Of a stretch of DNA of 64,000 bases, positions 18,430 to 27,580 are shown in pieces. Location: the NCBI GenBank assembly GCA_039194325.1, contig JBCCWC010000002.1, positions 64,001 through 128,000 of the forward strand. The letters run 5' to 3'. Each line of letters opens with the position of its first letter. Position 1 is the stretch's first letter. Made by a program: the position numbers and the translations under genes. The notes beneath the pieces are model-generated. The model worked only from the letters and a program-made list of their open reading frames with translations. It did no database searches and had not been told where the DNA came from. Source of the stretch: Myxococcota bacterium (GTDB lineage: Bacteria; Myxococcota_A; Polyangia; Nannocystales; Nannocystaceae).

Positions 18430-19926
18430 CTACCACTGCCAGACGATCCGGTGCGCCGCGGCCAGGTGCTCGCTTCGCAATCCGTGGAGTCGTAGGTGGT
18501 TGTACCACCCCAGATCGTCGGGCCCGCTCCCTTCGACGTGGTGCGGCGGGATCCACAGCCGGGTCTCGCGTAGCCACGCTTCGGCCGAGTCTGGCTCGAT
18601 CTTTCGAAGGTCCTCGGCGCCTGGCTCGAGGATCTCGAGGGTCGTCTCCATGAGCCGGTGACGATACCCACAGGCCAGGGCGCTCAGGTGCTTGGCCGTC
18701 GCGCTCAGGTACTCACCGGCGACCGTGGGGGTGACTCCCTCCGCGCTGACCATCGTCCAGTCGCTGCCCTCGAGCTGAAACACGATGGCGAAGCGATGGG
18801 CTGCGAGCATCGGAGCGGTACCTAGCGTGCGCTCGACCGCCACGTTGGTGGTCGAGGCTTCGAGCGCGTCGCAGACCGCATCGGCATCGGCTCGCAGGGC
18901 CCATCGAGGCCAGGCCGACGGTGCGAACTGGCCGTAATCGTCGATGCCGTAGAGCTCTTTGGGGGTGTGCATCCGCTTTCGTCTCTTGAAGACGATCGCG
19001 GGCGCGCGGGCACGCAAGAGCGCCTCGCGTCGATGTTGTCGCAGGTAGTACCGGATTGCATTGCGCTGCGGGCCGGCGGCTCTGTTGACCGGGGTTTGCC
19101 CGCCGTCCCCGACGAATTCGAGGTTGGCCCCTGCCTCGACGAGTCGTTGGACCAGCTCCAGGTCACCGAGCTCGGCGGCGTAGGTGAGCGGCACGAAGCG
19201 AGTGTCGCCGCTGAGGCTAGGATCCGCCCCCGCGGCGAGCAGGGCCCGGCAGGTGTCGGTGTGGCCCCCGCGGGCGGCCAGCACCAGGGGGGACAATTGC
19301 TTGGGGGCCTGCGGACCGTCCGCCGGCACGTCGAGCTTCAGCAAGGCCTCCACCACCGGCGTCAGGCCGTGCTTCGCGGCGAAACACAGGATCGGATCGT
19401 TCCCAACTCGAGTGGCGGCGGGCTCGGGGCCCAGCATTCCGGCCTCGATGAGGGTCGCCACCTTGCGCTCGAGCTCGGCCCGGCTCGGTCCATCGGCGAC
19501 CCGCGGGGGAGGCGGCTCGCTCTGTGCTTCGAGCTCGGCCCGAAGCTTGCGATGTTTCTCCCGCCTTGCGTCTTGCTCGGGGTCGCGGACCAGATTGCGG
19601 GGCACCGCCCCCGCCGCGAGCAGCAGCTCGACGACCGCCTCGTGTCGGTTCTGAAATGCGCGCTCGATCGGATAGAAGCCCTCGCGATAGGGCTCGTCGG
19701 GATGCTGCCCGTCGGCCAGGTACGCGCGCACGCGCTCCACATCGCCCGCGCTGGCCGCGTCTCCCAAGGACTCGGAGCGGCGCGGGTCGTCACGCTCCAG
19801 TAGGCGAAGCGCGCTGAACAGTGCGTCGCGCCCCGAAGAGTCCGTCGTGGCGGAGGCTCCCGCCTCGTCGAGCCGGGTCAGGATCTCGTCGTAGACGTGC
19901 TTGGCTCGATCGTCGGTGTTGTCCAT
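18430..19926 (-). CDS. Ankyrin repeat protein
   Basis: C-terminal part of the 1056 aa ORF from ATG 19926 (MDNTDD...); SPLVLAARGGH...LLAAGADP and PLTYAAELGDLELVQRLVEAGAN repeats. Confidence 0.85.
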   Translation of the reverse strand: MDNTDDRAKHVYDEILTRLDEAGASATTDSSGRDALFSALRLLERDDPRRSESLGDAASAGDVERVRAYLADGQHPDEPYREGFYPIERAFQNRHEAVVELLLAAGAVPRNLVRDPEQDARREKHRKLRAELEAQSEPPPPRVADGPSRAELERKVATLIEAGMLGPEPAATRVGNDPILCFAAKHGLTPVVEALLKLDVPADGPQAPKQLSPLVLAARGGHTDTCRALLAAGADPSLSGDTRFVPLTYAAELGDLELVQRLVEAGANLEFVGDGGQTPVNRAAGPQRNAIRYYLRQHRREALLRARAPAIVFKRRKRMHTPKELYGIDDYGQFAPSAWPRWALRADADAVCDALEASTTNVAVERTLGTAPMLAAHRFAIVFQLEGSDWTMVSAEGVTPTVAGEYLSATAKHLSALACGYRHRLMETTLEILEPGAEDLRKIEPDSAEAWLRETRLWIPPHHVEGSGPDDLGWYNHLRLHGLRSEHLAAAHRIVWQW

Positions 19927-19955
19927 GTCGCTGTCCTTTGCCAAGGTTCTCCGTT

Positions 19956-21974
19956 CTAGATCCCGGCCTGGTACTCGCCCTCGGGCACCAGCATGGCCCC
20001 CTGCATGGGCTCGAGGGTCAGCTCCACGGTGCCGTCGCCGGCCACCACGACGCTCGTGTCCCCGCTGGAGATCGCATCGATCAGCACGGTGCCTGGCGGG
20101 GCGCCTACCGCCATGGCCTGGCCTTCGAACGAGGTGGTGCTGGCGTGGCCTTGATGGGTGTTGAACACCATCAGCGTGTATCGTCCCGGTACCTCCTCGC
20201 CGAAGCGTTCGAAGGCGAAGATCCCCGCGTCGGTCTGGTCGCCGGTGTGCCCCGACGACCAGGCCACGTTGGTACCCCCACGGCGCAGCGCGGGGTAGGC
20301 CGCGCGCAGCGCGATGAGGCGCTTGGTCCACTGGAAGGTGGCCCCGGTGGTGTCGTAGCCGGTGTCCCACAGGCGCTCGCGGTTGGCCGGATCGTTGCCT
20401 CCGGCGAACGCCTGCTCGGTCCCGTAGTACAGGCACGGCACGCCCTGCGCGGTCATGATGAACAGCAGCACGTTGTGCAGCAGGGCGCGCTGGGTCTCCG
20501 GATCGCGGTCGCGCAGGTTGAACAAGAAGCGGGCGACGTCGTGGTTGTCGACGAAGTTGATCGGCATCTGGGCCGGCGACACCCCGATCCCCAGCTCGTT
20601 GGGCTCGGTGCCCCAGGTGGTGGTCCGGCTCTCCCACAGGGCCTGGATCCGATCGGTGCTCTGGGCGCTGGCGAACACGTCGCGCACCGCCTGGAAGTGC
20701 TGGGAGAAGTAAAAGACGCTGTCGATCTGGTCGCCGGTCAGGGGCGGCCCGTCCGAAGAGCAGCTCTGCTCGGCCGCGAGCTGCTCCTCGTCGGTGGGCT
20801 CGGGCCCCGGGGTCAGGCCCAGTAGGCGGATCAGATCGGCGTCGCCCAGGATCTCGTGCTTGGTGAACGAGCCCAGCAGATCGTCGCGGCCGTCGAAGAC
20901 CTCGCCGAACATCAAGAAGTTGGTCTTGCCCTGCTCGGCTAGCCGCTGCCGCAGGCGTTGGGTGAAGAAGCGCCAAAACTCGTACTCGACGTGCTTGATC
21001 GTGTCGATGCGGAAGCCGTCGGCGTTGGTCTTTTCGATCCAGCGGGCGTAGATGTCCACGAACTCTTGCTTGACGTCGCAGCGCCGGGTGTCGATGTCCT
21101 TGAGCCCGCCCGGGAAATCGCCGCGCAGCAGCTGCTCGGGATCGTCGAAGTTGTACGTGCGACCCTTGCGGTTGTAGACCGCGGGATCCTGGAACAGCGC
21201 GGGCGCGGGCGGGATGTGGTTGGTGGCCGGGTCGTACTGGAAGACGACGGGGGCGGGTCCGGCCTCCCCCAGCGAGGTGAACGCCTGGATCCCGCGGGGA
21301 TCGAAGTCGGGGTCGAACTCGGTGTAGTGCCGCACGGGCATGGGGCCGCCGTTGTTCTGGAACTGGATGTCCGGCACCCCGTTGAGGTTCATGTCGTAGT
21401 AAAAAGCCTGCCCCACGTGGTTGGTGACGATGTCGAAGATCACCTTCATGTCGCGGGCGTGGGCCTCCCGGACCAGCGTCTGCAGGGTCGCCAGGCTGCC
21501 GAAGTGGGGGTTGACATCGTCGAAATCCTGCGCCCAGTAGCCGTGGTAGCCGTCGACGTTGGCGTCGGTGTTCACGTTGCGGATCACCGGAGAGATCCAC
21601 AGCGTGGTGACCCCCAGCTCTTGGAGGTACCCCATGCGATCGATGATCCCCTGCCAGTCGCCGCCCTGGTAGCGGGCCAGGTCGCCGGCGTCGACCATGA
21701 TGTCGTTACCGCGATCGCCGTTGGCGAAGCGGTCCACGAGGATCTGGTAGATGACCTCGTCTCGCCAGTCGTCGACCTCGGTCGAGAGGGTGACCTCCGT
21801 CTGCTGGTCGAGCTCGCGGAAGTCGGCGCACCCGGGCCCTGCGGCCGCAGCGAGGGCCAGGGCCGAAACCATGACCATCGCTGAGATCGGGGTTGGGGGC
21901 GCAGGGATGGGACCGGAGGCGGGACCGGAGGCGGGACCGGAGACGGAAGCGTGAGCGGTGAGCATTCGAGCCAT
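19956..21974 (-). CDS. GH13 alpha-amylase family lipoprotein
   Basis: GPGC lipobox; YHGYW, FRIDTIKH, GEVF, DNHD catalytic motifs; true start may be a downstream Met. Confidence 0.92.
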   Translation of the reverse strand: MARMLTAHASVSGPASGPASGPIPAPPTPISAMVMVSALALAAAAGPGCADFRELDQQTEVTLSTEVDDWRDEVIYQILVDRFANGDRGNDIMVDAGDLARYQGGDWQGIIDRMGYLQELGVTTLWISPVIRNVNTDANVDGYHGYWAQDFDDVNPHFGSLATLQTLVREAHARDMKVIFDIVTNHVGQAFYYDMNLNGVPDIQFQNNGGPMPVRHYTEFDPDFDPRGIQAFTSLGEAGPAPVVFQYDPATNHIPPAPALFQDPAVYNRKGRTYNFDDPEQLLRGDFPGGLKDIDTRRCDVKQEFVDIYARWIEKTNADGFRIDTIKHVEYEFWRFFTQRLRQRLAEQGKTNFLMFGEVFDGRDDLLGSFTKHEILGDADLIRLLGLTPGPEPTDEEQLAAEQSCSSDGPPLTGDQIDSVFYFSQHFQAVRDVFASAQSTDRIQALWESRTTTWGTEPNELGIGVSPAQMPINFVDNHDVARFLFNLRDRDPETQRALLHNVLLFIMTAQGVPCLYYGTEQAFAGGNDPANRERLWDTGYDTTGATFQWTKRLIALRAAYPALRRGGTNVAWSSGHTGDQTDAGIFAFERFGEEVPGRYTLMVFNTHQGHASTTSFEGQAMAVGAPPGTVLIDAISSGDTSVVVAGDGTVELTLEPMQGAMLVPEGEYQAGI
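21909..21944. repeat. 3 x 12-bp tandem repeat GGGACCGGAG(G/A)C in amylase 5' region
   Basis: Direct reading; encodes (V/A)SGP repeats. Confidence 0.9.
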
Positions 21975-21994
21975 CGTGAAGATCCCCTACGCGG

Positions 21995-23761
21995 TCAGTC
22001 GCGGAAGTAGCTGGTGGAGCCGAACCACCACTCCGCTCCCAGGGCGATATAGTGATCGATCGGGCGGAGGTTGAAGACGTCGTGCTCCGGATAGAGCGAG
22101 CGCGCTCCTGGGTCTCGCACGGTCAGCAGGTAGGTCAGGCGGATGTGGGGTCGGGCAAAGTTGCCCCGTCCCGCCGGGGTCACGAAGGGCACCAGGCCCA
22201 CCCGCCCCATCTGGGCGAACAGGGGCTGCTCGCCGCCGTCCCCGTCGGGGGCCAACACGCCGCGGCGCTGGGCTTGGTACGAGCCTTCGACCGATACACC
22301 CGCGATCTTCCCCAGCCAAAGGGTCGGCCGCACGATCACCACGCCCTCGCTCAGATCGCCGAAATCGAGGTTGGGGCTGGCGTTGCGGAAGCTCCGCCAG
22401 TAGCTGCCCAGCAGCACCCCGAAGGGGCCGATCTCGTAGTTGCCCCCGGCGGCCAGCAGGTACTCGCGGGCTCCGGCGCTCGAGCGCTGGGGGGACAGCT
22501 GCGTCGGCGCGTTGAACTCTCCGTAGGCGGCCAGGCCCCCCGAGGCGCGGAACACCAGGTTGAGGTGGGTGCTGCGCTTGCCGGTGAACAGGCCCAGCTG
22601 GGTGCCCACCAGCCACCCCGACTCGCGGGGCAGATCTTCGAACTCGCGGGGCTCAGTTTGCCGCTGGCCTTCGTTGGCGTAGTGGGCCTCGCCATAGAGC
22701 ACCGGCTTGATGCCCGCGCCCTTCTCGCCCAGCCACAAGATGTGGCTGACCTTGCCGCTGCTGATGATCTTTTGCCGGTCGAGCACGGCGACCGAGGCCT
22801 CGCCGGGCTGGGCGTAGGGCAGAGGTCGGGGCACCGCCTGGTAAAAGAGCGGGCTTTGGGGCTGGTTGACGCCGGCGTGCAGCTTGATCTCGGTGTTGTC
22901 CTTGATCGTATAGGCGGCGCCGCCCCCCACCGTGTTGAGGTTGTCCAGCGGCCAGAAGTCCAGCAGGTAGATGTCGTCGCCGCGGTACATCCGCGAGCCG
23001 GCCCACAGCCTCAGGTTCTTCAGGCCGAGCCCGGATTCCTCGATATAGAGGTTACGGACCCCCATGGCCGTGTCGAAGCGACCCGTTTCATGGAACAGCG
23101 GGGCCGCGATGGCCAAGGTGGCCACGATGCGGGTGTAGGCGTCCGTTTGCTCCCAATAGTCCTCGCGACGGAGCTCGAGCTCGGCATAGGTCGACTCGTC
23201 GAGCCGCGAGCCTCGGGCCACGATGTCGCCATCGCGTCCGCGCCGGCCCCGGTGATCGCCTCCGATCACCACCCGGCCGTACGAGCCAAAGTGGAACCCA
23301 TCGGCGTAGTCGGGCGATCGGTTGTGCTCCACATCGGCCGGAGCGCTGGGGGCCGAGGGAGCGGCCTGGTCCTCGCCCGCCGGGGTCACGATGACCGGTG
23401 GAGGCTTGCCCAACTCCTCGGCCACCTCGGCCTGCGACTCCCGAAGTACCTCGACTTGCCGTTCGAGCGTGTCGATCCGCTGCTGGAGCGCCTCGAGCTG
23501 CTCGGCCGAAGGGCCCGACGACGGGCGATCCTCGGGTGTGGACGCGGGCCCCTCGGAGTCGGGCCCCTCGGAATCGGGCTCGGGTTCGCCCGGGGCGGGC
23601 GTGGGCTCGGGCCCCTCGGGGTCCGGTTCGGTCTCGAACTCGGACCCGAGCACGATCTGCTGGGTATGGGCATGGGCCCTGCCGGGCACGAGGAGCAAGC
23701 CCGTGGTGACGAGCAGTCGGGCGAGTCGCAGGGGGGGAAGGGAGCGTGAGCGGCCAGTCAC
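21995..23761 (-). CDS. Maltoporin/LamB-like carbohydrate porin with N-terminal coiled coil
   Basis: FGSYGR, SRLDESTYAELEL, LWAGSRMYR.DDIYLLDFW, C-terminal GAEWW. Confidence 0.82.
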   Translation of the reverse strand: MTGRSRSLPPLRLARLLVTTGLLLVPGRAHAHTQQIVLGSEFETEPDPEGPEPTPAPGEPEPDSEGPDSEGPASTPEDRPSSGPSAEQLEALQQRIDTLERQVEVLRESQAEVAEELGKPPPVIVTPAGEDQAAPSAPSAPADVEHNRSPDYADGFHFGSYGRVVIGGDHRGRRGRDGDIVARGSRLDESTYAELELRREDYWEQTDAYTRIVATLAIAAPLFHETGRFDTAMGVRNLYIEESGLGLKNLRLWAGSRMYRGDDIYLLDFWPLDNLNTVGGGAAYTIKDNTEIKLHAGVNQPQSPLFYQAVPRPLPYAQPGEASVAVLDRQKIISSGKVSHILWLGEKGAGIKPVLYGEAHYANEGQRQTEPREFEDLPRESGWLVGTQLGLFTGKRSTHLNLVFRASGGLAAYGEFNAPTQLSPQRSSAGAREYLLAAGGNYEIGPFGVLLGSYWRSFRNASPNLDFGDLSEGVVIVRPTLWLGKIAGVSVEGSYQAQRRGVLAPDGDGGEQPLFAQMGRVGLVPFVTPAGRGNFARPHIRLTYLLTVRDPGARSLYPEHDVFNLRPIDHYIALGAEWWFGSTSYFRD

Positions 23762-24049
23762 GGAAGCGTCGCGACTCTAAACCAAAAACCAAACCCAGGG
23801 GCTGGGGCGGTACGTGGGTGTGGCGCACTCCTCGCGGCCGAGACCACGGGCGGGCGCCCCGTGGGTACTCGCCGGGCACGCCGATCGCTCGTTGTTCGGC
23901 GCCCGGACTTGGAGATCGACACGTCGCCCCGCGGGGGGCGTCCGTTCGACGGACACCGACCGCCGAGTCGGCCTGCTCACCGAAGTGACAGCGACCCATT
24001 GGCTCGAAGCGCAGCCGGGGGTGCGTCGGGTCGACCTGCCGGCGATGAG

Positions 24050-24066
24050 TTGGGCAACTTGCCCAA
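24050..24066. promoter_or_regulatory. Perfect 8-1-8 inverted repeat, candidate operator
   Basis: TTGGGCAA-C-TTGCCCAA in divergent intergenic region. Confidence 0.5.
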
Positions 24067-24152
24067 TTCACGGCTCTAGAGCGCCTTGGCGGTCGTTTTT
24101 CGTTTTACCGGCGTGTTCGCATCGGCTATGATGCACCTCGTAGGAGGTGCTA

Positions 24153-24470
24153 GTGGCACGATCGACGGTGGCGGTCTTCGAGGCGCGACGCAAGCGGGTG
24201 GACGAGGAGATCTCGGCCCTCTCGGACGAGTACGAGAACATCGAGCAGTTGATCGCGCAGCTGCGGCGGCGCAAGGAGCTGCTTGACGGGCGCTGGGAGC
24301 TGCTCATCGCCGAGCGCGACGTCCTCGACGAGCGGATCTGGTTCCACGAGCCACGGGCTCGCCGGATCCCCCGGCCTCCGGTGGTCCGGGGCCGTCCGGT
24401 GAGTCGCCCGCGAGATCTGGCGCCCGAGCCCTGGGATTTCATCGAGCTCGAGGGCCTGGTTGCCCACTGA
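24153..24470 (+). CDS. Small coiled-coil hypothetical protein
   Basis: GGAGG 5 nt before GTG 24153; heptad-like E/R/L-rich helix; high GC3. Confidence 0.7.
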   Translation: MARSTVAVFEARRKRVDEEISALSDEYENIEQLIAQLRRRKELLDGRWELLIAERDVLDERIWFHEPRARRIPRPPVVRGRPVSRPRDLAPEPWDFIELEGLVAH

Positions 24471-24471
24471 G

Positions 24472-24491
24472 CTATCTATCTATCCATCCAT
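24472..24491. repeat. Tetranucleotide microsatellite (CTAT)3(CCAT)2
   Basis: Direct reading between convergent stops. Confidence 0.8.
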
Positions 24492-24515
24492 GCCGAGGCC
24501 GGCCTGGTCGTTGGG

Positions 24516-25541
24516 TCATCGAGTCGTCGGCGAGTCATCGTCTTGGGCCAGGATGCTGGTATTGAGCATGACCTCGTCCGGGTCGAGCGCCTCGGTGTAG
24601 ATCGCTGCGTAGTAGAGCTGGCCCGAGAAGGAGCGATCGCCGTCGGTGCGGTTGCCCAGCACCAGGGCCGAGCCGCTGCTCAGGGTCATCCCTTCGCCGA
24701 AGGCGGGCTCGCTTGGGTGGATGTGCGCAGGGGCTAGCGGCACGCCGTCGATGTACGCGAGGATCCGCTCCTCGGGATCGTCGTGATCAGTGTCGAGCAC
24801 CACGTGGATCACCTGACGCTCGCCGTCGAGATCCGCTGCGAACAGCCGCGTGTCATGGACGTTGTCCCAGCGGATCTGCAGCTCGTCGAGTGACGCGGCG
24901 CCCACCGCCAGATCGGTCCGATTGGCGGTCCCGATGTGGAGTAGGCGCGAGGCCCAGCCCGACACCGTCTGGACGCTCACCACCAGCTCGAGGGTAATCT
25001 GGTGCGAGCCATCGAGGTCGGTCGTGAGCTTGGTGTCGTTGGTCCAGGCCATGGCCCGGCCGTCTTCGCCCTGGGTGCTCCAGCTGAGCCCCTGGTGTCC
25101 ATCGAGCGTCACGAGCTGTGGGGAGCCACTGTGGACCAGCAGATCTAGATCCAGCGGGAGCGCGGTCGTGTCGCTCACCACGGTCGGGGTCTGACCGACC
25201 GTGGTGTCGTCGATCGTCCACCGGGCCAGCAGCCCCGTGTCGACCAGGGTCGAGTCCGGCGTGCCGGTCGAGCTGTCGCCCTCGGTGTCGCCTTGGCTGG
25301 TCGACTCGATGGGCGGGAGGTTGCCGGACGTGGTGGGCTCGTTGGTTGTCGTTCCCGAGTCCAGCGCGTCGGCGGCACCCGTGCTCGTGTCCGACTCAGG
25401 GTCGGTCGTAGGCTGGGGTCCCGCCGTGCTGGAGCCCGAAGATGGGGCGGGGGTCCCTGGGCCTAGTCCGGTGGTATCTAGAGCACATGCGGCTACTCCG
25501 AGGCCCAATAGTAGGACCCCGCATTGGCGGATCGTCTTCAT
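24516..25541 (-). CDS. Lipoprotein with Ser/Thr-rich linker and LamG-like domain
   Basis: VAAC lipobox; GLLARW, AYIDG, LVLGNR...SFSGQLYYAAIY. Confidence 0.8.
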   Translation of the reverse strand: MKTIRQCGVLLLGLGVAACALDTTGLGPGTPAPSSGSSTAGPQPTTDPESDTSTGAADALDSGTTTNEPTTSGNLPPIESTSQGDTEGDSSTGTPDSTLVDTGLLARWTIDDTTVGQTPTVVSDTTALPLDLDLLVHSGSPQLVTLDGHQGLSWSTQGEDGRAMAWTNDTKLTTDLDGSHQITLELVVSVQTVSGWASRLLHIGTANRTDLAVGAASLDELQIRWDNVHDTRLFAADLDGERQVIHVVLDTDHDDPEERILAYIDGVPLAPAHIHPSEPAFGEGMTLSSGSALVLGNRTDGDRSFSGQLYYAAIYTEALDPDEVMLNTSILAQDDDSPTTR

Positions 25542-25576
25542 AGTGTTGTGATCTCGGGGCTCGATCTAGGCTCGAT

Positions 25577-26866
25577 CTAGTGGATCGGTGCCAGGTTCTG
25601 AATGTCGTCGACCGCATCGAGCCACCCGGTGATCTCCGCGTGGAGCTCGACGGCCGATGGGCACTGACTGTCGGCCAGGGCCACTCGGGTAGCGCGGGCC
25701 AGGGCGATACCGTCTGGGCGGGCTAAGGGGTCGCGGGCCAGCCTCCGGGCGCGCCCGAAGCTGCGGATGGCGTCGGCCACCACGTCGCACCCCTTCGTTG
25801 GTTTGGGCTGCGCGCTGGTGCATGTCGCGTGCTCGGGCTCGGGCTCCGAGGTCTGGTCGGTGAACGCAGCGGCGGTCAGGCCCAGCACCGCCAGCCCGCT
25901 CAGGGCCGTCCCTGCCACGAGGCGCTGCCAGGCTCGGTTTCGGGTGATCCGCCGCAAGTCCACGAGCAGCTCGTCCATGCTCGGGTAGCGCTCCTCGGGA
26001 GACCACGAAAGGCCCCGCTCTAGCACCGAGTGCAGACGCCGGGGCACGCCGCTGCCGGGAGGCGGGCTGGGCAAGCGGCCCTTCTTGGCCTGCCACAGCG
26101 CGCGAGTGGTCAGGCCCTCGAAGGGCAGGTGCCCATAGAGCGCCTCGAACAGGGCCACGCAGAACGAGAACTGATCGCTGCGGGCATCGACCAGTCGGCC
26201 CTCATGCTGCTCGGGTGCCATATAGGCCGGGGTGCCCATGGCCGAGCCCTTTCGCGTCAGACGGGCGGGCTTGGGCATGGTGTCGGCGCCCATCTGCACG
26301 GGGGTCAGGAAGCGCTGGTCTCCCTGCACGAAGGCGGCCACGCCGAAGTCGCACACGAACACCCCCCCGGCTCGGTCGACGAGCACGTTGGTGGGCTTGA
26401 AGTCGCGGTGCACGATGCCCGCCGCGTGGGCGGCCGCCAGCCCGCGACCCGCGGCCACGAAGACCTCGATGATCTTGCGCCAGTGGGGGCGCTCCCGGAG
26501 CCAAGTGGCCACGTCGGGGCCGTCGACCAGCGGCATGGCCAGGAACACCCCCGATGGGGTCAGCCCCACGTCGTAGACCCCCAGCACGTTGGGGTGTTGC
26601 AAAGCCGCCATCGACTGGGCTTCGCGGCGTAGTCGGGCCTGGGCTTCGGTGGCGTCTCGGTCGGAACGGGGCCGCATGAGTTTGACCGCGACTCGGCGCG
26701 CGAGTTCGGGATCCCATGCCTCGTAGACTGCGCCCATCCCCCCCAGGCCCAGGCGCTCTCGCAGCTCGTAGCGTCCGGCTCGGGCGAGGCGACCCTCCGC
26801 GCCCAGAGGGCGATAGGCCGCGGTACGCTCGCGAGTTCGGACGCGTTTTCGAGTCGAAGCGTTCAT
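25577..26866 (-). CDS. Hanks-type Ser/Thr protein kinase, short C-terminus after TM
   Basis: GLGGMGAV, VAVK, HRDFKPTN, DFG, GTPAYMAPE; start uncertain (26866 or 26893). Confidence 0.92.
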   Translation of the reverse strand: MNASTRKRVRTRERTAAYRPLGAEGRLARAGRYELRERLGLGGMGAVYEAWDPELARRVAVKLMRPRSDRDATEAQARLRREAQSMAALQHPNVLGVYDVGLTPSGVFLAMPLVDGPDVATWLRERPHWRKIIEVFVAAGRGLAAAHAAGIVHRDFKPTNVLVDRAGGVFVCDFGVAAFVQGDQRFLTPVQMGADTMPKPARLTRKGSAMGTPAYMAPEQHEGRLVDARSDQFSFCVALFEALYGHLPFEGLTTRALWQAKKGRLPSPPPGSGVPRRLHSVLERGLSWSPEERYPSMDELLVDLRRITRNRAWQRLVAGTALSGLAVLGLTAAAFTDQTSEPEPEHATCTSAQPKPTKGCDVVADAIRSFGRARRLARDPLARPDGIALARATRVALADSQCPSAVELHAEITGWLDAVDDIQNLAPIH

Positions 26867-27470
26867 GCCAGTTAAGGGGGACCTTGACCCCACGAAGTAG
26901 TCGCCGCAAGCCCGAGAAAGGTTCGCCCTACCTCACGATTGTGTTGGAGCATTCGATGTTGGTAACTCGTCCCACGCAGAAGTCACCAAATACGAGCATT
27001 TTGCTGCTTGGGAGGCATCCTCTGTGTACGAAGGGTGAGCTCGATCGAAGAGATGACGCGCGGTGTTTCGTTATGGGACCTAAGATCGTGGGATCGGTCA
27101 CGGCTCGGGGGGCCTTTCAATGGACGATGGGCGCGGTTCTTTCGCCGGTGTGCGACATGGTGTTTTCGAAGCGTCGTCGGCCTCCGTCGAGCGCGGAGCG
27201 ATCCGCGATCCTGGTCGCAACGAGGTCGCTCGGCCGTTCCGACGCGATCGTTCGAGCTCGGGCAAGCGGTCGTTCGAGCAGGCGCCGGTCGAGCATCGAT
27301 GCATCGAGCGTTGATCCTCGACGTTCGATGCCTCGACCTGCGAAGTCCAAGCGCAGCATGCGATGGTTCGTATTCAATACGACCTACGAATCGGTGCGTC
27401 GTGGTGCGTCGAATCGATCGCATCTGATCGCGCTCGCTCGAGGCTCATTCCGCGAGTGTTCGATCGTTCA

Positions 27471-27524
27471 GTCAGTTCGGTCAGTTCGGTCAGTTCGGTC
27501 AGTTCGGTCAGTTCGGTCAGCTCG
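27471..27524. repeat. 6 x 9-bp tandem repeat GTCAGTTCG (last unit GTCAGCTCG)
   Basis: Direct reading. Confidence 0.95.
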
Positions 27525-27580
27525 GACATCACGAGGCTCGAGCGGTCATCGACGGCCGCTCGGGTGAACGCTCGAGCGGG

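Noticed and set aside
19927..21600. N-terminal 558 aa of the 1056 aa ORF 18430-21600
   Set aside because: Off-frame shadow of the GH13 gene; the real protein starts at ATG 19926
23821..23835. TGGCGCACTCCTCGC sigma54-like motif
   Set aside because: Spacing fits but both half-sites are weak, and chance matches are common at this GC content
26983..27423. Short ORFs between the two minus-strand kinases
   Set aside because: Arg/Ser-rich, no motifs, no consistent codon bias
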